Positions 40,264 through 51,163 of a stretch of DNA of 64,000 bases are shown in pieces (position 1 is the first letter of the stretch; each line of letters opens with the position of its first letter). The position numbers and the translations under genes are program-made. The notes under the pieces are model-generated. The model had not been told where the DNA came from. It made no database searches and worked only from the letters and a program-made list of their open reading frames with translations. Source of the stretch: Vicugna vicugna (lineage: Eukaryota); assembly GCA_013265495.1 (NCBI GenBank), contig MU058584.1:7034407-7098406 (forward strand), in the 5' to 3' direction.

Positions 40264-41032
40264 GTGCGTTTTCAGATCTCTTTTATCTGTCTGTCTGTCT
40301 GTTACATTTAAGTAGATGCTGTAAATAAGTCATCAATAAAAGATTTAGACTTCAAGGTAGAGTTAGAGGCTCGTTATGAATCATTAACTGATGCAGCTTG
40401 AACTAAAATAACACCAGCTTTTAGCGTAGCCTTGCATGCTTGATAAAATTCTTGTAAAGATAATCCACAGGGCTTCACTGTTCTTCATGGAAAAGGGATG
40501 AAATTAACTACTCTACCTTGCTAAACAGGTATGGGAAAGCTCAGAAAGTCAAATGAACATGCATAATTATATCTGTATATATACTGTGTCTGAAAAGAAA
40601 GCCTCAGTGTTAGCCTCAGTGATAAAATTGGTATCTAAGATATGGTAAATAGAGAATAAATAATAGGATAGGCGGTAGTGTTGCTAGGAGTAAATATTTT
40701 CAGAAAAGCATGCGGTGATAGGATATCACATGCAAAGGATAACAGCAATAAGGAAATATTTGATGAGGAAATTGGCAAATATCTGTGAGTAGACACTTAA
40801 TGCATGTAAAAATGTGCTATTTACTATTCATTCAGGTGAGACTTAAGCTGGAAATACTGAATAATTTCAAGAGATTCACTCAGAGCAGATAGTAGTATCG
40901 GGAACCTTTGGGCTGTGTGTTGTTATTCCAGTATTAGAGATGTAGACGAGAGTTTCCTTTCATCTGGTTGATGATTGTTTATACATATTAAACCTGATTC
41001 GGGCCCAGGACCTTGGCTTTATATTTCTAGAC

Positions 41033-41207
41033 TAGCAGTTCTCAGAGTGTGGTCCTCAGACCATCTACATTACCTGGAAATTTCTGAGAAATACAAAATC
41101 TTAGGTCCTACCCCTGACCTACTGAATCAGAAACTTGTAGTGTGAAGCAGTCTGTGTTTAACAAGTTCTTGAGGTGATTACCACGCAGACAGACTTTTGA
41201 GAACTAA
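41033..41207. mobile_element. MER5A-like hAT-Charlie element with 8-bp TSD TTCTAGAC
   Basis: gttctcagagtgtggtcc...tgacctactgaatcagaaact...tttgagaac; ttctagac at 41025-41032 and 41208-41215. Confidence 0.8.
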
Positions 41208-41698
41208 TTCTAGACTTCATAAGACCAGCTTAGCTTGTCAGCACCTCCTCTGACAAACTTAGTACATTCTTTGAAAAGGGGAAACAAAAGTAATACCCAC
41301 CTCTTAGAATGGATGATTAGATGCAAATTAGACGAAGTAGTATTTGGTCTTTACAACACAATACACATCTTGAGGTTGGGAGGGATGGAGATAGATGATT
41401 TGACTAAGATAAGATAATTCTGATTTTTTAAGTAAAGGCATTACCACTGTATTGCTTAAGAAAAAAAAGGAGTATCTCTCAAAGTAGATAGTTTAAGAAC
41501 TTTTGTTTTTAACCTTGTTTGTGAAGCCTTTCAAATTTTACTAATAAATGGCCATTATAAGGTGTGGAAAATGGGTTCTACTATGAATTATAAGCACTAG
41601 ATCTTTGTGTTTTTTAATTAATACTGGACCAAAAATTTTTGTTATCTTTTCAATTTAAGAAAGAAAGTATCATTTAAAATCTTTTTCTATACCCATAG

Positions 41699-41853
41699 GT
41701 GTTGTTATAATTGATGACCACCCTGAAGTAACAGTAGTTGAAGACCCCCAGTCGAATTTGAATGATGATGGTTTTACTGAAGTGGTATCCAAAAAACAAC
41801 AGAAACGTTTACAGGATGAGGAACGCCGAAAGAAGGAAGAACAAATCATACAG
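41699..41853 (+). CDS. PRRC2C: PRRC2C exon 18, SVVIIDDHPE...DDGFTEVVSKKQQKR...QIIQ
   Basis: catag| acceptor, CAG|gtttag donor; 155 nt. Confidence 0.94.
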
Positions 41854-42803
41854 GTTTAGTGTTTCAATTTGTTGCTAGTTATTTAGATTGTTTTAAAATA
41901 GAATATAATCACTATAACTCACTGTTTGCCTTGGAGAAGACCATTTTTGCTTTATTTCAACAACATATTTTATGTTTTAGTATTGGTCATCTTATTTGGC
42001 CTGTCTTACTTCATGGCAGATTTGGAGTAAATTTTAAATTATCTTAGAAATCTAATGAACACAGCTGCCTTGATCTCTAATAAATTGCAGGTTCTTAACC
42101 TAAGTTTTTTGTTGTAGTGTAAATTAGTTCAGTTAAATACACAGTATGCATCACAATGAGTTAGTTCATTTGAATCAACCCAAACACCCATTTTGCTAAA
42201 TGCTGACGCAAGATAAAAATAAATAGAGCACATAGGTCACAGTGATAAAGATGAGAAGTCTTCAAAACAGGAAACACTGTAAAAAATCCTATAAGGATGG
42301 TAATACTGAGTTTAACTGAATATGACCCTTGGGGCCAGATATTCCAGAAGTCATCTATCTTTTTTTTTAAAGAAGGTACAGTAGTGTATATATCCTGTAT
42401 AGCAGAACACCCAGCAACAATCACAGAATGAATGTTTCTGTGGCAAACACAAGTTGAGTGAAGTTGATAGTTTCTTGTCAGATGGGATCAGATTTTGCTG
42501 CCAAATGAATTTACTACGAATTTCCTTAGTTTTTTGAATGTCAGAATTGTCGGAGAGGGATCGTGCACCTGTGTGTCAAGAATGTATAATGAATACTTGT
42601 CTTTTTTCCACTGATAATATCTTTAAATTTAAATAATTTAAAATCTCATTAGCAACCTTGACATTTTTTTTTTATCAAGTACCTATTTTGAAAAGTCAAG
42701 GAGCTAAATTAGCAGTAGGTTGCTTTGTCAGAAATTCCATTCATGAAGTGTTTGAACTTTGAGCTGTGTTACTGACAAAAGTGACTGCTGCCAATTTTTT
42801 AAG

Positions 42804-43777
42804 GTCTGGAATAAAAAGAATGCAAACGAAAAAGGAAGAAGTCAGACTTCTAAGCTTCCGCCAAGATTTGCCAAAAAGCAGGCGACAGGGACCCAGCAAG
42901 CACAATCTCCAGCCTCAGCTCTGGCCCCAGCTCCCTGCCCAGGTGTGGCGTCGGCCTCAGCTCCAGCCACGACCTCGGCCCCGCTGGCCGGCTCAGCCCC
43001 AGCTCCCGTTCTGGCGTCGCCGTCAGCTCCGCTCCCAGCCCCAGCCGCAGTTCCAGTCCTGACCTCCTCATCAGCTTCACTCCCAGCCTTAGCCTCAGCC
43101 TCAGCCTCAGCGCCAGTCCCAGCCTCCACCTCAGCCACGACCACAGCCTCTTCTTTGTCAGCTCCACCTCCAACCCCGGTCCTTGCCTCAGCTTCATCCC
43201 CAGCTTCTGTCCCCATCCTTGCCTCAGCCTCACTTCCCATCCTTGCCTCAGCCCTAACACCTGTTTCCGCCCCAACTGCCCCCACCTCAGCCCCCACTGC
43301 CCCTGCCCNNNNNNNNNNNNNNNNNNNNNNNNNNNNNNNNNNNNNNNNNNNNNNNNNNNNNNNNNNNNNNNNNNNNNNNNNNNNNNNNNNNNNNNNNNNN
43401 NNNNNNNNNNNNNNNNNNNNNNNCCTCAGCCCCGACTGCCCCTGCCCCGGCCCCGGCTGCCCCTGCCTCACTCCCAGCCCCAGCCCCAACCTCAACCTCT
43501 GCTTTAGTCCAAGTCCCAGTCCCAGCCCCCACAACCCCAGCCCAGAGTCAGGGACAGACTCACAAACCAGTCCAGAGTCCACTGCAGGCTACACCAGCAT
43601 CTTCAAAACAGCCGCCACCTTCAATTAGACTACCTTCAGCCCAGACACCCAATGGCACAGATTATGTAGCCCCAGGAAAACCCCTCCAGGCCTCCCAGTC
43701 ACATGGCCCGCTTACGAATGAATTATGGGACAATAAAGTGGCCACACCAGCTGTGCTGAATGACATCTCTAAGAAAT
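42804..43777 (+). CDS. PRRC2C: PRRC2C exon 19, VWNKKNANEK...Ala/Pro/Ser-rich...NDISKK (contains assembly gap)
   Basis: ttaag| acceptor, T|gtaagt donor. The frame resumes after the gap as SAPTAPAPAPAAPASL...THKPVQSPLQ...ELWDNKV; the apparent frameshift equals the gap-size error. Confidence 0.92.
43266..43467 (+). repeat. GC-rich 21-bp coding minisatellite encoding (S/P)AP(T/A)AP(A/T), spanning the gap
   Basis: Units at 43266-43286, 43287-43307, 43426-43446 and 43447-43467. Confidence 0.8.
43309..43423. other. Assembly gap (115 N)
   Basis: Run of N. Confidence 1.
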
Positions 43778-44185
43778 GTAAGTGTGCAACAAGGAAGTAA
43801 CCGCTGGGGAGTGGCATGGGAATGTTGCAGTTTGTTTTTAATTTTATGTATGTATTCAGTATGTTTTTTCCTAGCTATCTCCTTTTTTCTTAGTAGGAAG
43901 CAGTAACAGTAGTCTTTTCTTAGCTTCTTTTCCTCAACCTTTTGTTTCTAAGACAAGAGTGTTATACTTTTAAGAGCCATATTTTATGGACACAATTTTA
44001 TGTTGGTAAAAAAGACAATACATTGTTTAGGCAGATGTATTTATTTTGGTATGCAAGAGTCTTAAGTACAAAGTGAAGTCATTGTTTTATCTTTTAGCTG
44101 CCATTAAAAGAAAGGATTAAGTGGATTAAGGATTATTGTCCTGTAAACTTTAATGGTCACGTTCCCTGTGACTTTCCCTTTTCAG

Positions 44186-44271
44186 TAGGTCCCATTAGTC
44201 CACCACAGCCACCTTCAGTCAGCGCCTGGAATAAGCCCCTAACATCGTTTGGATCAGCTACTTCATCAGAG
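44186..44271 (+). CDS. PRRC2C: PRRC2C exon 20, LGPISPPQPPSVSAWNKP...SSE
   Basis: ttcag|TAG acceptor, GAG|gtaaga donor; 86 nt. Confidence 0.94.
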
Positions 44272-44326
44272 GTAAGAATAGACTTAGCAGTGCCCTTGGT
44301 GGGGTTAGTGTGACAGATCCTTGAAA

Positions 44327-44500
44327 CAGTTTCTCAAACTTTGGCATACATCCAGATCACCTGGAGAGCTTATTAGAGTCGATTGCTGGGACCCACGCCC
44401 AGGGTATCTGATTCTTTAGGAAGGGCTGAGGCCTAAGTACTCTTCTGAGTTCTCAAGTGATGCTAATGCTGCTGGCTCTCAACAGTTGTAAGTTGCTTCA
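44327..44500. mobile_element. MER5A-like relic
   Basis: cagtttctcaaactttggcatacatccagatcacctggagagctt...gtgatgctaatgctgctgg. Confidence 0.75.
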
Positions 44501-44654
44501 GACATATTAAGGCTAATCTAAAAAATGCTAGTCTTAAGAAGAAGTCCTGTTTTCTGAACTTCTCTACTATGTTTTCAATGCGGTGTGCATGCTTACAGGA
44601 GTTTTTTCTAATTTCTCAAATGCGCAGTAGTGGTAAATGCTTATTTAGGGCAGC

Positions 44655-45605
44655 AATTCATCATTTGCTGAACATTTATTGAGCACTCGTTATGTGTTAG
44701 GCACTGCTATAACTTGTGGCCTCACAAAAGAGTGCAGAGGTGGTGTAAAAACAGAATACAAGCTCTGCGATCAGGGAGAGTCAATGGCAATTAACATACA
44801 GTACATTAAATGGTGGTCTGTGCTGCGGAGAAAAACAAAGCCAGAAAGGTATAGAAGGAATTTGCCAAGGGGTGTGAAACCAATTTAAAACAGGGTGGCC
44901 AAGAAAGGCTACTTGGGTGACGTTTGAATTAAAGCCTTAAAGGAGGTAAAAGTGTGTGCTGTTAGTTGTCCTGAGGAAAAGTGAATTCCTTGTTCAGAGA
45001 ATAGCAAATACAAAAGCCTTCAGACAGGAGCAAGCCTGGTATGTTTGAAGGACACCAGGGAGTTCCATGTGGCTGAATTGAAGGAAGGGATGAAGAGAGA
45101 ATAAATGAAGTTGGAAAAAGAACAGGCTGGGGATCTGGTAGGGCCTTTGGGTGAGGTAGGAAGACAATAGATAGTTTTGAGCAAAATAATGACAGGATCT
45201 GACTTTTAAGACCATTCTAAGTAGTCTGCTAAGAACAGTCTGCGGGCAAAGAGTAGATGTCAGAAAGCTATTGCAATAATCAAATGATAAATTAAACCAG
45301 GAAAGTGACATTAAAAGCGATGAGAAATGGTTGGTTACTGGCTATGTGAAGACAGGGCTGACTGATGGATTAAATGTGCTATGTGAGAAAAAGGGGTCAG
45401 TTATCTCCAAAGCTTTTACAGCTTAAGCAACAAGAGGGATAGAGTTCCCATCAATTGAGATTGGGAAGCTGTAAAATGGATCATCACTGGGGAAGAATAT
45501 GAGGGAATTCAGTTTTGGACATGTTAGATTTAAGAAGTTTATTGTACATCTAGGTGGAAATGTCGAGCAGATAGCTGAATATAAGAATTTGTAGTTCAGA
45601 GTGGA
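44655..45605 (-). mobile_element. L2 LINE fragment (antisense)
   Basis: catttattgagcactcgttatgtgttaggcactg; ttcagttttggacatgttagattta; ggtggaaatgtcgagcagatagctgaatata. Confidence 0.75.
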
Positions 45606-46071
45606 TTCCTAAGGTGTAGGCACTCCATTACCAATCAAAAAGTATGCTATTTCACTTTATTTTCAGTGCAAAAGTAGGTGATAGTGGAATTCCTATCTTT
45701 TCTTCTCTCCTATTAATTCTTTTATCTGTTTGTTGCTAGTGGTATCTCTGTGTATTTGTTGCTTTACATTTGTTTAAAATAATGAAATAACTTGAGGCTG
45801 TGATTTTCCCTTAAATCCAGGGCACTTAAACCCAGGACTTTAAAACTTTAAGCCTTGTCCTCATTTTCATTGTATCAGTTGTGTTTTGATAGAGATCTAT
45901 AGTGATTAGAGGAATGTTCTCTTAAAACATAATCAGTGACAGTTAATCTCAGATGTAGATAGCATCACACCTTCTATTGTACTTGCAAACTGTGTGCTAC
46001 TACATAGATTATTTAGTCACTTCTGAACTCTGTTAGCTTTGATAACAAGTTTCTAAATATTTCCTCACTAG

Positions 46072-46260
46072 GGAGCAAAGAATAGTCAAGAAAGTGGAGT
46101 TGACATTGGAATTGACACAATTCAGTTTGGTGCTCCAGCTTCAAATGGGAACGGAAATGAAATTGTTCCCGTGCTTTCGGAAAAACCTACTGACAAAACG
46201 TCTGAACCCAAAGAACAACGGCAGAAGCAGCCACGGGCCGGCCCCATCAAAGCCCAGAAG
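46072..46260 (+). CDS. PRRC2C: PRRC2C exon 21, GAKNSQES...PIKAQK
   Basis: actag| acceptor, AAG|gtaaag donor; 189 nt. Confidence 0.94.
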
Positions 46261-46402
46261 GTAAAGACGGCTTGTGTTCCAGGCGTGATTGTGTGAGAGC
46301 CACTAACACTCGTGGGGAACGAATAACACTTTTAAAATTGGATTTAGTTTTCAGTGAATGTCTTTGATCATGATGTGTTTTTGTCATAAACATTGAATTT
46401 AG

Positions 46403-46654
46403 CTTCCAGATTTGAGTCCAGTAGAAAACAAAGAACATAAACCTGGTCCTATTGGAAAGGAACGTTCATTAAAAAATAGAAAAGTGAAAGATGCCCAACA
46501 GGTAGAGCCGGAAGGACAAGAAAAACCAAGCCCTGCTACAGCCAGAAGTACAGATCCTGTGACGACAAAGGAAACCAAAGCAGTTTCAGAAATGTCTACC
46601 GAAATAGGAACAATGATCTCAGTGTCATCCACGGAATATGGCACTAACGTGAAG
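46403..46654 (+). CDS. PRRC2C: PRRC2C exon 22, LPDLSPVENKEHKPGPIGKER...GTNVK
   Basis: tttag| acceptor, AAG|gtaagc donor; 252 nt. Confidence 0.95.
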
Positions 46655-47765
46655 GTAAGCAGCGTACAATGATTACCAGTTTAGTTGATGCGAAATGGAC
46701 TAAAATGAGTGGGGAAAACAGCAACAATTTATTTTGCTTCCTTCCTCCCTCCCTCCCTCCCTCTCCCCTCCCTTCATGCTTGAGGCATGTAATTCTAGTT
46801 TAAAGTGAAAAAAAAATTATAGAAGTATAGAATGGTTTTCACTGGGTTTGTAGACTTGAAAGAATTGCTGTATATTACTTTTTATTTTGTAAGTGGAATT
46901 ACAATGGAGCCTTCCTTATCTTGCCCACTAGTGAGATTCTTAAGTCAGGAAATAAAACAAACTTTTAGTAACTCCAGTACAGCCAGTTTTCTTCCAGGGG
47001 TGGAGCAGATATGTTTCACTGGTTGAGCACCAGAGGAAGTGGTTGACTAGCATTTAGGGACCACATTGAATGAAAGATGCATATCTTTAAAAATACCCAT
47101 TAAGGGAAAATATGCTGAGTGACTAACTTACAAGGGCTAACTCTTGTGGGAGTATCAAACTTATATCTGGTATTTGGTGTTCACTCTGGGACACTTTACT
47201 CATTGAGGAAAGGTAGATGGAATCTTTCATATGCTTTGAATACTTTCCTCTTTTTAATTGCCATTCAGCTCAAAGCATGGAAGTAAAAAGGCTTATGTGA
47301 TCCATCTCTATCTTGTTTAAAGAAGAGAGTCATAATGATAAACAAGGAATGTATCCTACAACCTACTTAATTGTGACAACTAAGATCTTGACATTCATTT
47401 ATCCATTCTTATTTTGAAGAAAATAAGAAACCAATAGTTGAAAGTAAGCTATAGATTAAGTGTAAGAACCACACAGAGTTCTTTTAGTAATCCACAGAAG
47501 CACATATTTGGTACTGTTGACAGCTTCCTAGTACTACGCAGAATATTTTTTTTAAATGTATGGGACCCCAGCAATAGTTGAAATGTGTTGGGTCCGTGCT
47601 TGTTTTACCCCACTGTTGATCTTTAAGATTTGAGTGAGCTGAGTCTTAAGGCCTGCTCTCTTCTCCTGCTTTCTTCCAAAACAACTTTACAACTATTAGG
47701 CCCTCATTAGAAAGTGGCTCTTTAATTCAGTGTTAAATGTATTTTTTTCTATTACTACTCCACAG

Positions 47766-47858
47766 GAGTCTGTAACAGACTATACTACACCTTCTTCTTC
47801 TCTGCCTAACTCTGTGGCTACTAATAACGCAAAGATGGAGGATACTTTGGTTAATAAT
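47766..47858 (+). CDS. PRRC2C: PRRC2C exon 23, ESVTDYTTP...DTLVNN
   Basis: cacag| acceptor, AAT|gtaagt donor; 93 nt, phase 0-0. Confidence 0.93.
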
Positions 47859-48181
47859 GTAAGTAATCACTTGAGATGTGGCGAGCTGGATAGAAACCTG
47901 GCTGTTGTTATCTAATACATACTTTACGACCGATGTTTAACTCCTCTCGGGAGAAGAGTGATAGTAAATGTGTGTTTAGGAACATTGTAATACAGTTAAG
48001 GAAGATAGTCAAAGCTGAGTTGTTGTTTTTCCAAAAGTCATCAGCTTTACATTTAATATCCAGGCTTCTGGGGCTTAGGCTTGATTTCATAAGTACTAAT
48101 CCTGTTAACTTGGTTTTGTAAAAATTTTTGTTCTTAGCTTTCGCATTCTACAGATTCAGCATTTTATTCAGTTGATGATTT

Positions 48182-48342
48182 TTTTAAGTTTATTTATTTT
48201 TAATTACTGTTTTTTTGTTTGTTTTATTTGCTTGGAGGGGGCAGTAATTTGGTTTATTTATTTTTAATGGAGGTACTGAGGACTGAACCCAGGACCTTGC
48301 GCATGCCAGGCATGTACTCTTCCACTGAGCTATACCCTCCCC
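48182..48342 (-). mobile_element. vic-1-type SINE
   Basis: ggaggtactgaggactgaacccaggacc...actgagctataccctcccc. Confidence 0.9.
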
Positions 48343-50239
48343 TGGTAATTTTGTTCTTAAAGGAAATCTTTTTATAATGCAGTGAAAACTCACTCACTTA
48401 AAAGGAAGATTATTACTAAAGATTTAGGTGTTTCTTTTTGAATTTACAAAATTATACTGAAACTTAACGACAAAATTCCTGTTGTGAAGATTGAGCTATA
48501 ATGTATATATAAGTACTTCAAAAACCCTTAAATGCACTGTTAAAAGGTGGTAATAAGTCATGTAAATTTGGCTCTAGTTTCCCAAAGCAATCATGTTATA
48601 ATACAAGACTTTATTAAAAGAAATCATCACAGTCCCAATATTTTGCCTAGTTCACTGATTGACGGGTGAAAAGGTGTAAACCAGAAAAAGTTAGATAGCC
48701 TCCCATGGTAGAAGAGCATTTTAGAAGTTACACATACGGCTCTTGTTTTGGAGAGCAGGTATGGTAGAAATTTGGTCAGCTGCTTCCTTTTTTAAAATAT
48801 AGTCTTCTGTAATAAGCAAAGGCTTCTTTTCAAAAGTATCCTTTAGAGGTATATTTAAAGGTCTCTTACAAAGGGCTTTAACTATCATTTTGAAAATAAA
48901 AAATCTCAATTATATCTTATTACAATGTCTGTCCTGTGTTTTCTGTTCTTCCCTCTTGCATAGGTATTTAGGCTTGTAGGTGAGATGCGTTCGGGATCAT
49001 TTAATCCAACTTTTGTAGTCCAGCTGAGGGACTCTAAATTATGTAGGTGAGGAAAAGGGAGAGACAGGAGTAAGTTACATTTTCTCTTTGTGATAGGAGA
49101 GCACTTTAGGGGCTGATTAATGTAATTTGTCCTACTTTCAGATGTTAGAAAACTTCACTATGTGCCAAATTCTCTTCCCCTGACCTTTTGGAGAAAAGAT
49201 TAAATTTAACTTTTATAAGAAGTTATAGAAAACTTGGGAAGGGCAGAAAGACTTTCTGTCACTTTAATTCCTGATGTCACTATGTAGATTCTCCAATATT
49301 GAATCACTAACATCTCAACATAGTTTAATTATACTTTAATTATGGTATCTTTTCTAACTTTAGAAAGATAATAGTGTTTTTTAGATGTTACTTTTCAAGA
49401 AAGTATGATGCTTTTTACCAAACTACTGTTTTCTAAAAATATAATTTATGAAATATGAATAAAGAAGGAAAGATAATTATTCTCAGAACCCTTAAAAGTC
49501 ATTGAAAATAGCCATATGAGCATTTTAATGGTTTCTGTGTTATCTGCAAGGCTGGTTAATGTAGTGACTTTTACAAGAAGGGCTACTCTGTATAAGTGAA
49601 TAGTCTGTATTTGAGTTTTAGCAGTGTATTCAGAATGTGTTTGAAAACAAGAAGATCAGTTTGGGTCAGGGAGCAGTATAAAAGGTCATCAACTTGGAGT
49701 GATTTCAGTGTTGCTTATTCGTGCCAAGTGTGGTGTTAATTCTGAACTTAATTAATGTAGTGTTAAAAATAAATGTCCCACATGGGAAGATTTTTAGGAT
49801 CTTTTGAAACGTCCCTTTTTCATTCATTAGTCTGTTTGGGGATTCCATTTTGTTCATAGAATTTTGTCTTTTATAAAAAGTAAACAGAAAAAAGACTCAT
49901 ATTCCTTATTGAGACAACACACTTCAGGATCTTAGCTGATAATGTTATAGTCATTTTGAATCTTGAATATCTTGAAAATTTAAATACAGGGTCTTTATTA
50001 TTATAGCACAGTTATTTTAAAGATTTATCAAATAATCTCCATTAAGTAGTTCATGGTATTATAAATCTCAATTAGATTGTCTGTGGTTTCACAGAGTGAT
50101 TATCTTAAAACCCCCAAGCATCTCAGTCATTTTATTTGAACAACTTGAGTGAACCATCAAAATCAATCATACAGCAAAAGTACATAATAAATCTCAAGCT
50201 CAAGAAACTTAGAGGGAAAAAAGAGATATGGGTAGTGAG

Positions 50240-50362
50240 GTTTTGGTGGAGGATTTGTAATTAGGTTTGTTTGTTTCTTTCTTTCTTTTAGTGGAGGTAC
50301 TGGGGATTGAACCCAGGACCTCATGCTTGCTTAGCACTCACTCTACCACTGAGCTCCTCCCT
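50240..50362 (-). mobile_element. vic-1-type SINE with TSD ggtagtgag
   Basis: ggaggtactggggattgaacccaggacc...; ggtagtgag at 50231-50239 and 50363-50371. Confidence 0.9.
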
Positions 50363-50619
50363 GGTAGTGAGTTTCTAATATCCTCAAGTTTCTAACAATA
50401 CTTGCCACAATCATGTATTACTATAGCAAAGCAGTTTGTTTAGTATAATGAGGTGGGGGCAATACTACATAACTTTCCTCCCAGTGTTACTTTTGTTCTT
50501 GAATCTAAGTATAACAAAGTTGACAATCTAGTCAGGAAAGAGATTCATTTCTTATATTTACCCTATCATGTTAAATGCTTCTGACAGAACCTGTGGATCC
50601 TGTAAATGGTGGAAATATT

Positions 50620-50793
50620 CCTTAGAGCTTTGCTACACAGTGTATGGTCCAGGGACCATCAGCATCTACATCACCTGAGAACTTGTTTGAAATGCAGAAT
50701 TTCAGGCCTTATCCCAGGCCACCTAAATCAGAATATGCATTTTAACAACATCCCCAGGTGATTGGTATATATATTAAAATACAAGAAGCACTG
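50620..50793. mobile_element. MER5-family relic
   Basis: catcacctgagaacttgtttgaaatgcagaat...aatcagaatatgcattttaacaacatccccaggtgatt. Confidence 0.75.
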
Positions 50794-51061
50794 CCTTTGA
50801 GTCTATACCTTATATTTGGGACAGATTCTTTTTCTGTCAATTTATGCATAAATAATCAGATAGTATTTATCTTCAGAAGTTTTATCTAAAATGTCCAAAA
50901 TTATCAGTTACTTACTATAAATACAATGCAACTCTAAGTCAGATATTCCTTTTGGCTCTGATGAAAAATAAACCACCTTAGAATACATTAGCATTATCTG
51001 TAATGGGGCGTTTGTAGGAGACTTTTAGTTAGATTGTGATATGTGTTGCCTGCCTTTTCAG

Positions 51062-51163
51062 GTGCCCCTGCCCAACACCCTCCCCCTCCCTAAGAGGGAG
51101 ACTATACCACAGAGCTCCAGCCTAACTTCAGTTCCTCCCACTACTTTCAGCCTCACCTTTAAG
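51062..51163 (+). CDS. PRRC2C: PRRC2C exon 24, VPLPNTLPLPKRE...SLTFK
   Basis: ttcag| acceptor, AAG|gtatgt donor; 102 nt, phase 0-0. Confidence 0.93.

Noticed and set aside
42842..43582. Antisense Ala/Gly/Glu-rich ORFs over exon 19
   Set aside because: Shadow of GC-rich repetitive coding sequence, and they span the N gap.
43424..43628. Apparent frameshift and Cys-rich tail (LSPDCPCPGPGC...) suggesting a pseudogene
   Set aside because: Artefact of the estimated gap length; the correct PRRC2C frame resumes at 43426.
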